NCBI GenBank assembly: GCA_012295275.1
Contig: CM022675.1
Coordinates: 5,766,001 to 5,830,000, forward strand
Reading direction: 5' to 3'
DNA from: Chrysomallon squamiferum
Lineage: Eukaryota; Animalia; Mollusca
DNA length: 64,000 nt
Shown here: piece by piece, positions 13,265-29,285 of the stretch
Numbering within the stretch: the first letter of the stretch is position 1
Layout: the number at the start of each line of letters is the position of its first letter
The notes under the pieces: model-generated
The model's database searches: none
What the model was told of the DNA's origin: nothing
What the model saw: the letters and a program-made list of their open reading frames with translations, nothing else
Translations under genes and position numbers: made by a program

Positions 13265-15053
13265 GTAAGACATCTTATATTTAGTAGACGTCATAACAAC
13301 AATGACGACACTAACAACAATTACATGTGAACAGAACACAAAACAACAACAGAACACAAATAAATAAATATTTTAAAAAAAGTGAATAAGGTATTTAAAA
13401 AATAATAGGAAAGAAAATAATAATAACATTTACTATTATTATTATTATATTACAATAAAAGGAATTGTGATATACAATAATCACATTTACTCTCTTAAAA
13501 ATAAATAAATAGGACCATTTACGACCATCAACTTATTTTAACTCTTTTTTATTTTAATAATCCTTTTCCAAGAATAGAGATCTTCTGATACAGTTAAATA
13601 TGTGTGATTATTTAAAACTGACATTAACGTGAAGCACTGATCATTATTTGTCATTACATCGTCACAGGTCAGACTGGGTTTTACATATTTCGTGTCGGAT
13701 ATGTTCAGAGTTTTTCTCAGAAATGTTTGAACTGGTATGCATCCCAGGAACAGCATTACAGTGATAACAGGCAGTTGTTTGATGACCTGCCTGATTGTCC
13801 ATGCAGTATAAGACGGCTGTGGTTTGATCGGCGATGGAGATCAATTTGGGGTTACACCGGAGGACTTCGTTGTACGACACTTAACTACAATCTGGATTTC
13901 ATTCCTATGGGGAAGGTAGGTGATGTTTGAATTTGTAACCCGAGATAAAATAGTGTCTGCGTTGTTGACACGTTTAAATGTCGTTAAATATAAATAATGT
14001 ATAAGTTAAAAATACAACAAGAGATAGTGTAGTTTTTTACTAATTATAACACATATTTCGCAAAATTAATGTTGTTAATCTGTTTTAATGTCACTGATAT
14101 GAATAATGAATAAATTCTAAAAACAAATAAGAGATTATGTAGTTTTCACTAATTATATTTTGTGTATAATTAGTATAGATAGAAGGTGTGCTAATGTCTT
14201 TATATATAAATAATATATTAGTTTAAAAACAATTAGAATATATTGTACATTTTAATAGTTATCAAATATTTTATCTGGTTATTCAACCATTACTGTAAAT
14301 ATCTCTGTTCTGAAACATAACTGTTTACAATACATTAAAATTCATCATTTAAAAAGGTGAGAGTGTATTAAAAAAAAGAAGAAAAAATATGAAGATATTT
14401 AAAACTGTTTATACATTCTAATGATAAATAATAAGAAGATTCAGAAAGATGATCGATTTTTCTTGAGTCTGATCATTTGGAACCTCTGTTAGAACAGACA
14501 AAATTAGGACCGGACAATCTAAAATTAATTTTTAATTAATACTCTGTCTATACTGACCTATACTAACAAACACTGTGCTAAATATAGTTCATTGAATGTT
14601 TTTATTTACACATTTGAAAAACTTTTATAATTTTGTTTTCTTTCACATCTTTTACAGAGTTGTTGTTATCAAAACGGCAGGTTTGTTTCAAGCGGTCTAC
14701 AGGCTGGATACGCTTATCGCTATCACCAGTGGTTCAGCTGGATTGGTCACATCATGTCTGATTATTTGGGTTATTATTACTGTTGTGTCAATTCCAATCT
14801 CTGTGACATGTTTTTCAGTCTACGACCAACTGGAAGTTGTTCATCTACAGCCGTCTTCCTACAAGGTTTGTCTTTTAAATACCAGTGCATTTTCAGTTCG
14901 TTTGAAAAGCTACAATGTAAAGAACATTTGTAATTTTGTTTTACTTACACAGTGTGTAGAAATTTCAGTCCATTTAACAGTTACATTTTTATAATGATAA
15001 GGAACGTTGATAAATTTGTTTTAATTACTCATTATGTAAAAATGTATTTATTT

Positions 15054-15084
<31 letters not shown>

Positions 15085-15847
15085 TTTTCATTATTTTCTG
15101 TACAGGAGGAGGTTTCGGAGATCCTCACATAACTACACTTGATGGAAGAACTTTCATTTTCAACGGCCATGGAGAATATACCTTGATTTCCATAGCAGAC
15201 GGCAACATGACCCTTGACGTTCAGGCAAGGACAGGCCGGGCTGAAACAGCCAATGGTACAATGACACAGGCCACCATTTTCACTGCTTTTGCTGCCAAGG
15301 AGAAGAGCAAGTCAAAGTTCCAAGTCGAGCTCTCGCCAGACAAGACAAGTAAGATGATATTTTCTAGAACATCCGTTAACATTTCAGATTCCATTGAGTG
15401 GAGTCGAACCCAGACTCTCATAGTGAGTACTGTAGTCTAACAACTGAGCTAATATGGAAAAATACCAATAATTGTAAAAAGAAGTATACCTAATATTCTT
15501 AAAACTGCTGAATTATCAAATGCTTATAAAGTATACTATATACTTGTATACTGAACATATTGTTGTATGTAAAAGGAAGTGTTCTTTATAATAAATGTCT
15601 ACTAAATATAACTAGTATTGTGTTTTACAGATATATTTATTATTTATATTAAATAATAATTGTATTAATATACAATACTTTCTTTTATATAAGGATATAT
15701 TTTTCATGTTAATTATTAGTAGTAGTATTTATTACATATCTTGTAAAATGTGTATTGTTGTTTTTAATATTAATATTCAATAATGCAGTTTTCTACAATA
15801 ACTGCATATTATGTTTAATAATATATAATAATATTTTATTTTACATT

Positions 15848-15892
<45 letters not shown>

Positions 15893-16309
15893 TTGTGTTG
15901 TGTGTACATATGAAATAATATTAATATATTACAGAAATGTTCATATACGGAAATGACGATGATGGTTCTATGAAAGACTACACCAAGCTGTTTGAGGACA
16001 ATGATCCCATGGATGAGAATTCATTTATCACTGACCCAAAACTTTCTACCCTGACAATAACAAAAAGTCCTCAAGGCGATCTTATTGTAGCCTTCCCATC
16101 AGGTGATGTTTATAAACAAATATTTTTTATTTAAAAAATAAAATTAAAACATAATAAATAAATATATATATGTATACATATAGATGGAGAAAGAAATATA
16201 TATATAATAAAATAAATAAATACTACTACTACTACTAAGTAACCACCATAATAATTATTATTATTACTACTACTACTAATATTATAATAATAATAATATT
16301 AGTAGTAGT

Positions 16310-16342
<33 letters not shown>

Positions 16343-19300
16343 TAAAAAACAGTGACAGATTCATTATAAAAAAAAAAAAAAAAAAAAAAAAGAAAAGAAA
16401 CCAGTAAGAATAGCTATAATCACTTCAAAATAAACATGATTAATGCTGGTATTCATGTGTGTGTCCATGTATGCGTCTATGTGTGCATAACATTCACTAG
16501 AAAAGAACATAGATACTTGTATACATATATGCATACAAACATGCATGAAAGATAGACAAGAGAGGGATATACAGGCAGAGAGAAACAAACTTAAGACGTA
16601 CAATTTCATTCTTGATTCTCTTTCAGGTGATATATTTTGTAAAAAATAACATAAAATAAAATAAAGTAGTTTTATCTATTATCCTTTTGCAGGCAACTCG
16701 TTTACTGTTACAAAGGGTGCAAAACTACTAACTATAGATGTTTCTATAAGCACGAAATATAAGAAAAAAACAAAAGGCTTGCTTGGAAACTTTGATGGGG
16801 ATAAGGAAAATGATTTTGTCTTCCCAAATGGAACTATACTACCCAGTAATTCAACTGAAGAGCAAATTTTTCATTATGGACAAACATGTAGGTAGATTTT
16901 CTTGATGCAATTTCAGAAGATTATTATAGATGTTCTAAAATACACTGATTTTGTATAAACCTTTCTTTCTCTTTTCTTTTCTTTTAATCCTTTTTTTTTT
17001 CTTTTTTTTATCTTTTTTATCATTATTTTTATCTGTATGTACCTTTAGTTGTTTGGTTGTTTGTTTACTAATTTACTTGCTTCTTTTATTTTATTTCTTT
17101 ATTATTTGTCTTTCTTTGTTTACTGTTTTTTATTTATTTTTTATTTACTTATTAATTAATGAATGGATTAAAGAATTAAGTTAACAATTAGTTTCAATTA
17201 ATCATCTGAGAACCACTGAGTTGGTGTAACATATTTTGTATAATAAAAGTAGTTACATAAAACAACATAATTTTAACAAATTAATGACTGATACCCTACT
17301 ATAGGTATTATTATAGGTATACTTATTTATCATAATAATACAATTTACTGTAGAGTCATATTATTATTATTAGTAGTAGCAAATTATTATTGTATTAGGA
17401 GTAGTAAATATAGCCTTATATTCGATTACCTAAAACAAAAAAATAATAATAATAAAATAAAATAAGAAAGAGAAAAAATCTTTGAGCCAGGATGGGTTTA
17501 CACCAAGGTTGTCTACATTGTATCTAAGAAGGTCTAATTATAGAGTGAGCAGCATCTGTGATGTTTTATGTCACATGCATGATGTTTTACATCATAGCTG
17601 TGATGTATAATGCCAGAGCTTTGTTTTCAGACTCAACAAAGAAGGAATTTCACAATATCGGAATAAGAGTGCTGTGTTGGGTCTCTGTTAGCATCTGTAA
17701 ACAGTCCATTATTTTTTTTTTTTTTTTTTTTAATTTTTAAAACGTAACAATTTTTTTTTTTTTTAAATGTTTACTTTACTTTACTTTACTTTACTTTATT
17801 TATTTATTAAATGATAAACAACTGTTAATTTCAACAAATACATAAATTTATTTTTTTATTTTTCGTGACAGGGATGATCACAGCAAACCAATCAATACTT
17901 CGATACGGACTGAGAGAGAGCGCTGACGATTACAACTTCCACAACTTCACACCAATGTTTCTGGATCAGGTAGAACAGTCTCGGAGAGAAGAAGCAAACA
18001 AAGTCTGTGGAGGAGAAGAAAATATAGCCTGCGTATTTGACTACCTGGCAACCGGAAGTTCAGAGGTCGCTAATGCAACAAAGCAAAAGAAAACAGCGTC
18101 TGACGAGAGTCAAGCTGAACTAGGTAATAATTTCACTCTATTGAGTTACCCATTCCTAGAAATAGTAACTTTTCTATTTGCTCTTTACTTTTTTTAGAAT
18201 ACTACTAATTTTATAATTTTTAACTAAGTATTGCTTCTACTAGTTATTTGCTAATAATAAATAAAAAATTACATATATATATATATATATTTTTATTATT
18301 TTTTTTTTTTTTAAAAAAAACAAGAATTATTAAAATAAAACAAAACATACTTAAATCACCTTAAATTTATTTATTTATTTATTTATTTATTATTATTATT
18401 TTTATTTTTTATATTTTCAGCTAATTCCATTCCAGTCATTGCTGAAAATAACACAAAAGTTATAGATCTTGTTACAACAAATGTAACCTCTTTCCGAGTG
18501 TTTGCTTTTGATGGAGACAACGATCGACTCACATATGAGTTCATTGGTACAACACCTAACTCCACGACGTTAAACTTACATAACGAGACTGGAGAGGTTT
18601 CAGTCAAATCAAACAGTTTAGAACCCATGAGTCTGAGGTAGTTAAATTTTATTTATAACTGTTATTTTTACATCTATTTTTACTTAATGCATTTATTTTT
18701 GTCAAGAAGCAGAGCAGTATTCAGAAAATGTTTAGGGATTTGGACTTGGGCTTGTTTAAAACAGTGTTATAATTAATAACAGTTTTACATTCGTATCTGA
18801 CGTCACAATATTATAATTAATAAGATATATATTTCTATCTGACAATACAATCCTACAGTTAATAAGACTTATATTGATACCTGACATTCCAGTGCTATAA
18901 TTAATATGATTTATATTGATGTCTAACATGAAGATATTACAATATTATAATTAATAAGATATATATTTCCTGACAATACAAGCCTACAGTTAATAAGATT
19001 TATGTTGATTTCCTGCTTTACAATGTTATAAATAAGAAGATATATATTTACATCTGACATTACAATGTTGTAATTAATAACAGTTTTATATTGATATCTG
19101 ACATTACAATGTTATATTTAATAACAGTTTTATATTGGTATCTGACATTACAATGTTATAATTATATCTGACATTACAATATAATGATTATAACAGTTTT
19201 AAATTGATATCTGACATTACAATGTTTTAATTAATAACAGTTTTATATTGGTATCTAACATTACAATGTAGTAATTGTAATAATTGGTATCTAGTATTAC

Positions 19301-19959
19301 AATATAATAATTACAACAGTTTTAAATTGATATCTGACATTACAATGTAGTAATTATAATGGTTTTATTTTTATATCTGACAGTACCAGATAGAAATTGT
19401 AGTAATTGGTATCTGACATTATGATGTAGTAATTATAATACTATTACCCATATGAATGCTCTCCCCATAAGGTTATTCATGCAGCTCTGATTGATTTTTT
19501 ACTGTTTATATTCATGCTGTTTGTGGGAAAATGAGATTTAAATATTTCATGCTACTCTCTGGAAAACAGAATTTCACTCATTGATAGCATTGTGTTTCAT
19601 CTTTGATTATCTTTTTTGCCTGTTAATCATCTCTGAGATATTCTTTTTCTTAGTTTAAAAATGTGTCGAGTACTTCAGTAATTTGTGGGTTTTTTCTTTT
19701 TGTGAGACAATACAGATGTCTCTATGATCTTTTCCTCTGAACAGATGGAAACAGAAAAAGATTACATAATAATTACGTGACAGGGTTATCCAATAGCTGA
19801 GGTATACATTTTGACATAAAGAAGTTATATTTGCCATTGTGTCTTGTGATACCAGAACTTGAAAGAAACAGTGACTGGTTTGTCTCTCTGAAATTAGTTG
19901 TATACTGTGCTTAATTGCAACACAGAAAATAAACATCTTTGGCATGTTTTCTTCTTCTT

Positions 19960-19990
<31 letters not shown>

Positions 19991-19993
19991 TTC

Positions 19994-20071
<78 letters not shown>

Positions 20072-22992
20072 CATCATTATTACTATCTCAATTTGTTATA
20101 TTCATTTTCCATTTTATATTTTACTAATATAAGTATTTTAGAAATGATCTGCATATGATCCATTTCTTGTTTGATGGAAAGTAATTTTTTTTTTTTTTTT
20201 TTTTTTTTTTGTTGTGAAGGATTCTAAAGGAGCATATTCCGCAGTCTACCAGGTGGTAACTCGTATTTGTGATGGTTGCAATGGTCATGGAAAATGTGTT
20301 TTTAACGAAACACGTACAACTGAAGATAAAACGGACTATAACGATGCTTTCCAAGTAGTGTCGTGTGAATGTTTCACAGGCTGGACAGGTTGGTGAAATG
20401 ATTAAGTGAGGAGTTAAGATATTTTAACAGAAGGATATTTTGTCCTACGTCTTTTATAGTTTAGACAAGAGCTCTACTCGCATTATCAGTTTAATTAAAG
20501 TTGTTGTCTTCTTACAGAAACCCTTTAATTAATATCTTCTTTATAATGTGTGATTCGGTAACCAAAACTGAGTGATGTAATACACAGAGTATGATGATAG
20601 TTTTCTGTATACAGTGAAAAATAGCCGTGTCTTAAAATCAATCTGTGGCAGTATGAATAAATGGTGTAATGAAATTGTTCCTACTTCCAAGTTACCATAT
20701 TACTATTTTCAGCATCTTAACATTCTACATAACAAAATGTGACACATGCCGCATTTTTGCCACCTCATAACAGAAGTCCTTACATCACTGCAAATATATC
20801 TATTGAGTAGACACAACTATAATATGTTTTCTTTAGTTTTTTGCACTTCATTATTAACATTGGATGGATAGAACAAGAACAATTAAAAATTAACTTGTAA
20901 GCAAGCAAAATATATTTAGATTATTTGTTAATATCATTAGAGGTATTCTTCACTTGACATTTAATTTGACCATTGACAGATATTTCTTTACATCTGGACC
21001 TCATTTATGGTTATTGTTCTATAGATTATAATGTTTGTAATTACAAATAAAACTAGTACTTTCAGGAAACAACAGTTCAGCAGATTATAATATTTATGAT
21101 TACAAATAAGACTTGTATTTGCAGGAGACATCTGTTCTGTAGATTATATTGTTTGTAATTACAAGAAAACTTGTATTTGCAATAGACAACAGTTCTTTAG
21201 ATTACAATGTTTGTAATTACAAGTAAAACTTGTATTTGCATGAGACAACTGTTCTGTAGATTACAGTGTTTGTAATTACAAGTAAAACTTGTATTTGCAG
21301 GAGACAACTGTTCTGTAGATTACAATGTTTGTAATTACAAGTAAAACTTGTATTTTCAGGAGACATGTATTCTGTAGATTACAAGTAAAACTTGTATTTG
21401 CAGGAGACAACTGTTCTGTAGATTACAATGTTTGTAATTACAAGTAAAACTTGTATTTTCAGGAGACAACTGTTCTGTAGATTACAATGTTTGTAATTAC
21501 AAGTAAAACTTGTATTTGCAGGAGACAGCTGATCTGTAGATTACAATGTTTGTAATTACAAGTAAAACTTGTATTTTCAGGAGACAGCTGATCTGTAGAT
21601 TACAATGTTTGTAATTACAAGTAAAACTTGTATTTGCAGGAGACAGTTGTTCTGTAGATTACAATGTTTGTGATTACAAGTAAAACTTGTATTTGCAGGA
21701 GACAGTTGTTCTGTAGATTACAATGTTTGTGATTACAAGCAAAACTTGTATTTGCAGGAGACAGTTGTTCTGTAGATTACAATGTTTGTGATTACAAGTA
21801 AAACTTGTATTTGCAGGAGACAGTTGTTCTGTAGATTACAATGTTTGTGATTACAAGTAAAACTTGTATTTGCAGGAGACAACTGATCTGTAGATTACAA
21901 CATTTGTGATTACAAGTAAAACTTGTATTTGCAGGAGACAGGTGTTCTGTAGATTACAAGATTTGTAATTACAAGTAAAACTTGTATTTTCAGGAGACAA
22001 CTGTTCTGTAGATTACAGTGTTTGTAATTACAAGTAAAACTTGTATTTTCAGGAGACAACTGTTCTGTAGATTACAGTGTTTGTAATTACAAGTAAAACT
22101 TGTATTTTCAGGAGACAATTGTTCTGAAGATTACAATGCATGTGAAGAGAAACCGTGTATTACTGGACAGAACTGTACAGACCTTACACCAGAAGAGGAA
22201 GATAGACTGAACAGAGGATACAACTGTTCTCAGTGTCCTACAGGATATGAAGAAAGGAATGGAAAATGTTCAGGTATCTAGTCTACATAAATATTTAATT
22301 ATGTAAAAGTTAGATAGAAGAATGGAAAATGTTCAGGTATCAGGCAACATAAATGTTTATTTATTATAGCATCATATATCAGTATAAAACTGTTATTAAT
22401 TACAGCATGCTTATCTCAGATATTTAAGAAAAATCAGTTATTAATTATAAATCTGTTATGACAGACATTGTTATATCTGTATTATTAATTATAACACTGT
22501 TATGACAGATATTGATGAATGTTATGGAACAAGTAGATGTGATCAGATCTGTGAGAATTCTGCTGGAAGTTATTCATGTTCATGTCGTTCTGGATACAGG
22601 AAAGTTGGAGACAAATGTGACGGTAACATTCAGAAATTTATAATAGATTTTTGCTGTTATGAATTAGTTCTAGTTCTGATTTTTTGACTGATTTGCCACC
22701 ATAACAAAAACAAAAAACAATAGAGAAATATCATCGGCCTATCATATAAACACAGACAATAAAAAAGACAAAAAAAGAATAAAATAAAATAAAATAAAAT
22801 AAAATAAAATAAATACTGTCTGACCATGAGTGTATGCATGCATGTGTGTGTGTGTGTATATGCACATAAATACATATTCATGTGTGTCTTTGTGTACATA
22901 TTTATATACCCATCCATATACATATGCACTTGGATTCATAGCATAGTTTTGGATAGAGATGTATATTTAGATAAATACATACATACATGTGA

Positions 22993-23038
<46 letters not shown>

Positions 23039-24145
23039 TATTTTTTTTTTTTTTTTTTTATTTATTTACTTATTTATTTATTGACTGATTGATTGATTGA
23101 TTGATTGATTTCATATTTCAGATATTGATGAGTGTGAGAGAGGTACACATGAGTGTGAACAGAAGTGTACTAACACAGATGGTTCCTACAACTGTTCGTG
23201 TAGTTATGGCACTAGTTTAAATATAGATGGAAAAACGTGCAGCAAAAGTAAGTTAAGATAAATCATATAGAAACAGCACAAGAAAATAGTTTGAGAAAAC
23301 AAATCTGTAGAGATACACATATTTAAACACCACTAGCAAAAATATGTTTTATTTGTTTAACTTTTTAAATACACATAACAAATACTGATTTAAAAATAAA
23401 TAAATAAATATAAAAATAAAAATAAAATAACATAAAATAAAATAAATAACAATTCAATATTAAAGTCCATGTGTTATTATCTCTGAAAAATATCTCTGTT
23501 GGTCAAGATTTTGACTTTTCGTTTATCAGCAGTGACCAGTTTAGTGGTCAGAGGACACTGGGTTGTTACAGAATCTCTGATGTATCACATGAGATGTTCA
23601 CTGGTCCTCTGTAATGCCTAGGTAACATTTATTTTTTCTGTGATTACATTTTTCACACTTAGAGTACAATACTAATCACAGAAGTGAAGTTAAGTTTGTT
23701 ATAAACACTCACACACAAAGACTGTCAGTTCAAAAATGTGATGTTGTTAAACATTCATAGATTATTTCTTTTGTTTCTTGAATTTCAGCTACACTGGACT
23801 GCGAATCAATAACAGGAAAAAATTGCTCGCATGCATGTGACAACGAAACTAAAAGTTGTGTTTGTTCAAACGGATATCAACTACAGTCTGATGGATTTAG
23901 TTGTGCAGGTGAGTTAATTACCACTACTACTACTGCAGCTAACACTACTGTTAATACTAGTAGTTCCATTATTACTACCTATCTACTGTTAATACTAGTA
24001 GTTCCATTATTATTATTATTTGAGACTTAAATAAATATATATAAGATTATCTACTGTGTGTGTACATATATATATGAAACATTGTTTAATTTAAAACTGA
24101 CATTTTCAGATGTAAATTAATGTGAACAGAACATCTAGCTATAGG

Positions 24146-24177
<32 letters not shown>

Positions 24178-24440
24178 TAATTTAATAAGATTAACTACAG
24201 TATGTTAAGACATGTGTCTGTTGTACACATATTAGTATAAAGCATTGTTTAATTTAAAACTGATATTTTCAGACATAAATGAATGTAAACAAAACATCTG
24301 TTCTCAGAAATGTACAGACACTGTGGGGAGTTTTACATGTTCGTGTTATGATGGATTTCAGTTGGCCAATGACAAACGTTCTTGTGAAGGTACTCTTCCA
24401 GTATTCATTTTTATTTTAGAATAGTATTTGTTGTTTTGGG

Positions 24441-24475
<35 letters not shown>

Positions 24476-25529
24476 TGTGTTTGCATCTGGTATTTGTGTA
24501 AATGACTACGTTTCTCTGCATCTTTGTGAGTAGGGAATATGTGTGCATGTATGTATTTGTCATGAAACTACACCAGTTTATACCAACATGATTTCACAGC
24601 TTTATTTCGCACAGAGATGTGTATTTAGATAAATACATTCATATATAAGAGAGAGAGGCATGACCAAAATAAAAAATGAATGAGAAAATAACATCCTAGC
24701 TCAGTGATTTACTAAGACAGTAGATCATTGTTTTTATGTTTGTTTTGTTGTTATTTTGTTTTTGTTGTTTTTTATCTTAACCTTTGTTTCATTTATTATT
24801 ATTCAGTTTTTAATATTAATACATTTCTCTGTACAGAAAACTGTTAGAGACTGTAATTGAAAAATTAAAAATTAAAGATTAGAAACCCAAAACTAGCACT
24901 GAAAAAACTGATAAAAGTTTTCTGAATTTTAATTAATTTATATATTTCAGTTTGTCCTGAACTGACATACGGAGCTAACTGTGCTGAGAAATGTGAGTGT
25001 GGTGACACTGCCAGTCGCTGTGACAGTCGGTTTGGGTGTGTCTGTATTGAGGGGTGGAGGGGAACAAAGTGTGATCAGGATATTGACGAGTGTAAAGAAA
25101 ATGAAAACATCTGTGGTGATGATAAGTTGTGTGTCAACACACTGGGATCCTACAAGTGTGTCTGTCCTACAGGATATACTAAAAATACAACTAGCTAATA
25201 ATACGTGTGTTGGTAAGTTCATTAACTGACTTAAAAGTGACTAATGCAATAATAATAATAATAATAAATATAAGAATAATAGTAATAATAATACAGACTA
25301 TTTTAATGAGTTTTTCTTCTAGAACTTACTGATAATAACAGGACTCGATGATGTTGTGCATAAATGTTTCCCATTAGTTGTCCTATAAATGGAAGATGAG
25401 CCCTACTATTACCTTGTGATTCAAAGAAAGTAAAATTCATTTTTGTTTTTTTGAGATCATATTGAACACAAAAATTTTTAACAAGTTTTTGTTTTTGAAC
25501 TGAGAAAAACTGTGTGAAAATGTAAACAG

Positions 25530-25563
<34 letters not shown>

Positions 25564-25839
25564 CTTTTTATTTTTTCTAGATATCAATGAATGCGATACA
25601 GAGGCTAACACTTGTGTACAGATCTGTGTTAATGTGCCGGGTTCATTTTCCTGTTCATGTCGACCTGGATTCAAAGGAGACAACTGTACAGGTAAATTTG
25701 TTATTTAAATAAAAATGTCATTACATTCTATTTCTTTCTTATTTTTAATGTTATTTTATTTTATTTTTTTAATGTTTATTTTAAATTAAATTTATTTATT
25801 TATTTATTTATTTATTTATTATCACTTTGTTTCATTCAT

Positions 25840-25875
<36 letters not shown>

Positions 25876-28800
25876 AGATGTTGATGAATGCCAGACAGAC
25901 CAGCATGGATGTCAACAACGTTGTCAAAACGTGGTAGGAAGTTACAACTGTGACTGCTTGTTTGGGTACATCCTCAATGAAGACAGGAAGACTTGTAAAA
26001 AAGGTTTTGATCTTTTTCTTTTCACTTTGTTCTTTGTTTGCTTGTTTTATTTTGTCTTGTTTTTTTTTAAATGTTTTAATAATTTGTTTTTTTTTTTTTT
26101 TTTTTTTTTAATTAATTAGTATATATTATATATATTATTTCTTATCTATCTGGAAATTTTCAACTGTGTTTTAATCTATATCTCTTTGTTTTTTCATTCG
26201 CTAATTTGTTCTTTCTCTCTCATGTTTATTTGTTTCAGTGAAGGATGTGTGCCAATATTTTGGTCATCTCAACTGCACTCAAGGATGTTCTGTGAAGGAA
26301 GAGTCAGAAGAGGCATATTGTTTCTGTGATACTGGATACAAACTAGCTGCTGATAAACAGACCTGTCTAGGTAACTCTATACTTTACTATCAGTCATTAT
26401 TTTAAAATCTTGTATTTCTGTAGAAATATGTAGTGAGTGTAAGTATATGTATCTTTATGATTCTAAATAAGTTTGTTTAAATTTTACATCTCAGTTGTTA
26501 TTTTTAAACATAATTTATTTGCACAAAAATTTATATGTTTGTTTCAGTTTTATTTTTGTTTCAGTGTTTATTTTTTAATATATTTTACTTGTATAGAAAG
26601 AGATAAACGCTGAAAGTGTTTATCTTGTTTGAAGTTGCATTTTTCTGATTTTGTGTATATCTCTATGTTCCTTTATGAGCTTTTAAACTGAATGTTTTTT
26701 GTTTTTTTAAATTTTGATAAGTGTGTGTAGAAGCTATTTTTAAATGTATTTTATTTTAAAGAAGCTGTTAATAAATGAGTGTATATTAATTCACTGAAGA
26801 TATTTATAAATGTGTTTCATTTTAAAAAGGATGTTGGTAATTGTATGTAGATTAAATGATACAAGATATTTCAAATGTGTTTTATTTTAAAACAGATATA
26901 GATAAGTGTGTATATTAATTCATGCAAGATATTTTAAATGTTTAATTTTAGAATAAGTGCAGATAAATGTATGACTGTGTTAGTTGATACAAGATATTTT
27001 TTATGTGTTTTTAGACATTGATGAGTGTAAAACAACAGAGACACAGTACAGACACAAATGTAGTCACACGTGTGTTAACAAAGATGCTGGGTACGACTGT
27101 ACCTGTCCACTCGGATACAAACTGGAAAATGATCATCTCACCTGTAAACGTAAGTTAAAATATTAACATTTAACACTTAACTACACTGGTAAAGTTAAAA
27201 TTAACACTTAACACAACTTTGTAACATTTAACAAACACACTTAAAGTTAAAATATTAATATTTAACACTTAACTTTGTAAAGTTAAAATATTAACATTTA
27301 ACACTTAACTACATTTGTACAATTAAAATAAAATATTAACATTTAACACTTAACTACACTTGTAAAGTTGAAATATTAACATTTAACACTTAACTACACT
27401 TGTGAAGTTAAAATATTAACATTTAACACTTAACTACACTTGTGAAGCTAAAATATTAACAGTTAACACATGCACATTTAACAACAAAAGACACATTTGT
27501 TATTTTAGATTGTTTATTCATTTAATTATTTTGTTTTTTTTATTTATTTATTTCAGGTTGTGATTCGTCACACTGGGGGGGAAGTTGTAGCAATGTTTGT
27601 GGGTGTGGTATTGGTTCCTCGTCCTGTGACCCTCAGACTGGGTGTGTGTGTAAAGCTGGCTGGCGGGGACAGCTCTGTGATGAGGACATTGATGAGTGCA
27701 GTGGTCAGGTGACCTGTGTTTCTAACTCAGTCTGTGTAAACACTCCAGGCTCCTACATCTGTAAATGTAGTGCTGGTTACAGGATGAACAACAACACCAA
27801 CACTTGTGAAAGTAAGTACTTTTCTCAGTCTGTCTTTATGTGTCTCTGGATGTGTGCGTCAGTTTGTGTGTGGATGTGTATGTACCTGTGTGTGAGTGTG
27901 TCTATGTATTTATGTTGTGTAGATGTATGTGTATTCATGTATGTATGTATGTTCTTTGCTTTAGTGCATTAGATTTTTGTATGAAAAAATAATTAAGGCA
28001 AAAAGTATATATATATATAGACATATATGATTTTCTGAACATATATTGGTGGATGTATATATAAATTACTTTAGTTGTAAATATTATATGTACAATTTAT
28101 TCATAAACAGATATTGATAAATATGGTAAAAACATGAAACTGTTTACTTATATTAATATTTTTCTAAACATATTGAAAAATACAGCAAAAAGTTATAGAA
28201 ACATCTACCAATATTAATTTGTAAACAGATAATGATAAATGTAGTCCAAAATTATACAAATATTAATTTATTTGTAAATATATTGATAAAGGCTTAAAAG
28301 AGAAAAAGAAATAATAACAAAAAAATATAAAAAGAAAAAACATTAAAGAAAAACATTATACAAGTGTTTTGTGAATTACTTTATTTGTAAACAGATATTG
28401 ATGAGTGTAGTGAAAAACTGGACAACTGTGACCAGAAGTGTGAGGATCAACCTGGAAGTTTTCTTTGTTCTTGTTTCTCTGGGTTTGTATGGAACACCAC
28501 AGACAAAGAATGTAAAGGTAAAAATACTTAATGTTAATATAGGTAATAATAACAATATAGCAGTAATATAGCCAAAATAATAATAATAACAACAATAATA
28601 ATAATAATAATAATAATGATAATAATAATAAGTATAGTAGTGATACAGGTAATAATAACAACATACTATTAATAGTAATACATAGGCAATACATGGCAGT
28701 AAATCAAATGTGTTTTGTTTTTCTCATCAGAGTAATATTTTCCTTATCAACACAGTACAAATAGCAGAGTAAATAACACACAATAAAATTATTTACTTGA

Positions 28801-29247
28801 ATACAAACAGTAAATATTTGTTCTACTTCACAGATGTTGATGAATGTGCAATAAAGAAAGATGGCTGCTCTCAGATCTGTACTAACACTCCTGGTGGATA
28901 TGACTGCTCCTGTAAAGAAGGATTTAGACTTGATACCACTGATAAAAAGTCATGTATATGTAAGTTTAAACATACACACACAGTTATAAAGAGTCTTTCA
29001 TGCACAGATACACATACATAAAATAATAATAATAATAATAATAATATTAATATCAAAAAATGTACATGCATCCATACATACTCAGATATATCCATTATTT
29101 TATGGAAATAAAAAAATAAAAAAATAATTATGATAATGAATAAATAAATAATAAGACAACTACAAAAAAGCAAATAAATAAATAAATAAATATAATAATC
29201 AAATAATAAAATAAAATACAAAACATAAAGAAACAAAAAAACGAAAC

Positions 29248-29285
<38 letters not shown>

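Noticed and set aside
21301-22111. Array of micro-exons using AA|GTAAAA donors inside the 59-bp unit
   Set aside because: The implied introns would be 19 nt and the phases (1 in, 2 out) do not chain.
21010-22138. CRISPR-like appearance of regular repeats (also 6895-10022, 35130-37250)
   Set aside because: Head-to-tail units without unique spacers, no cas genes, and a spliceosomal-intron context.
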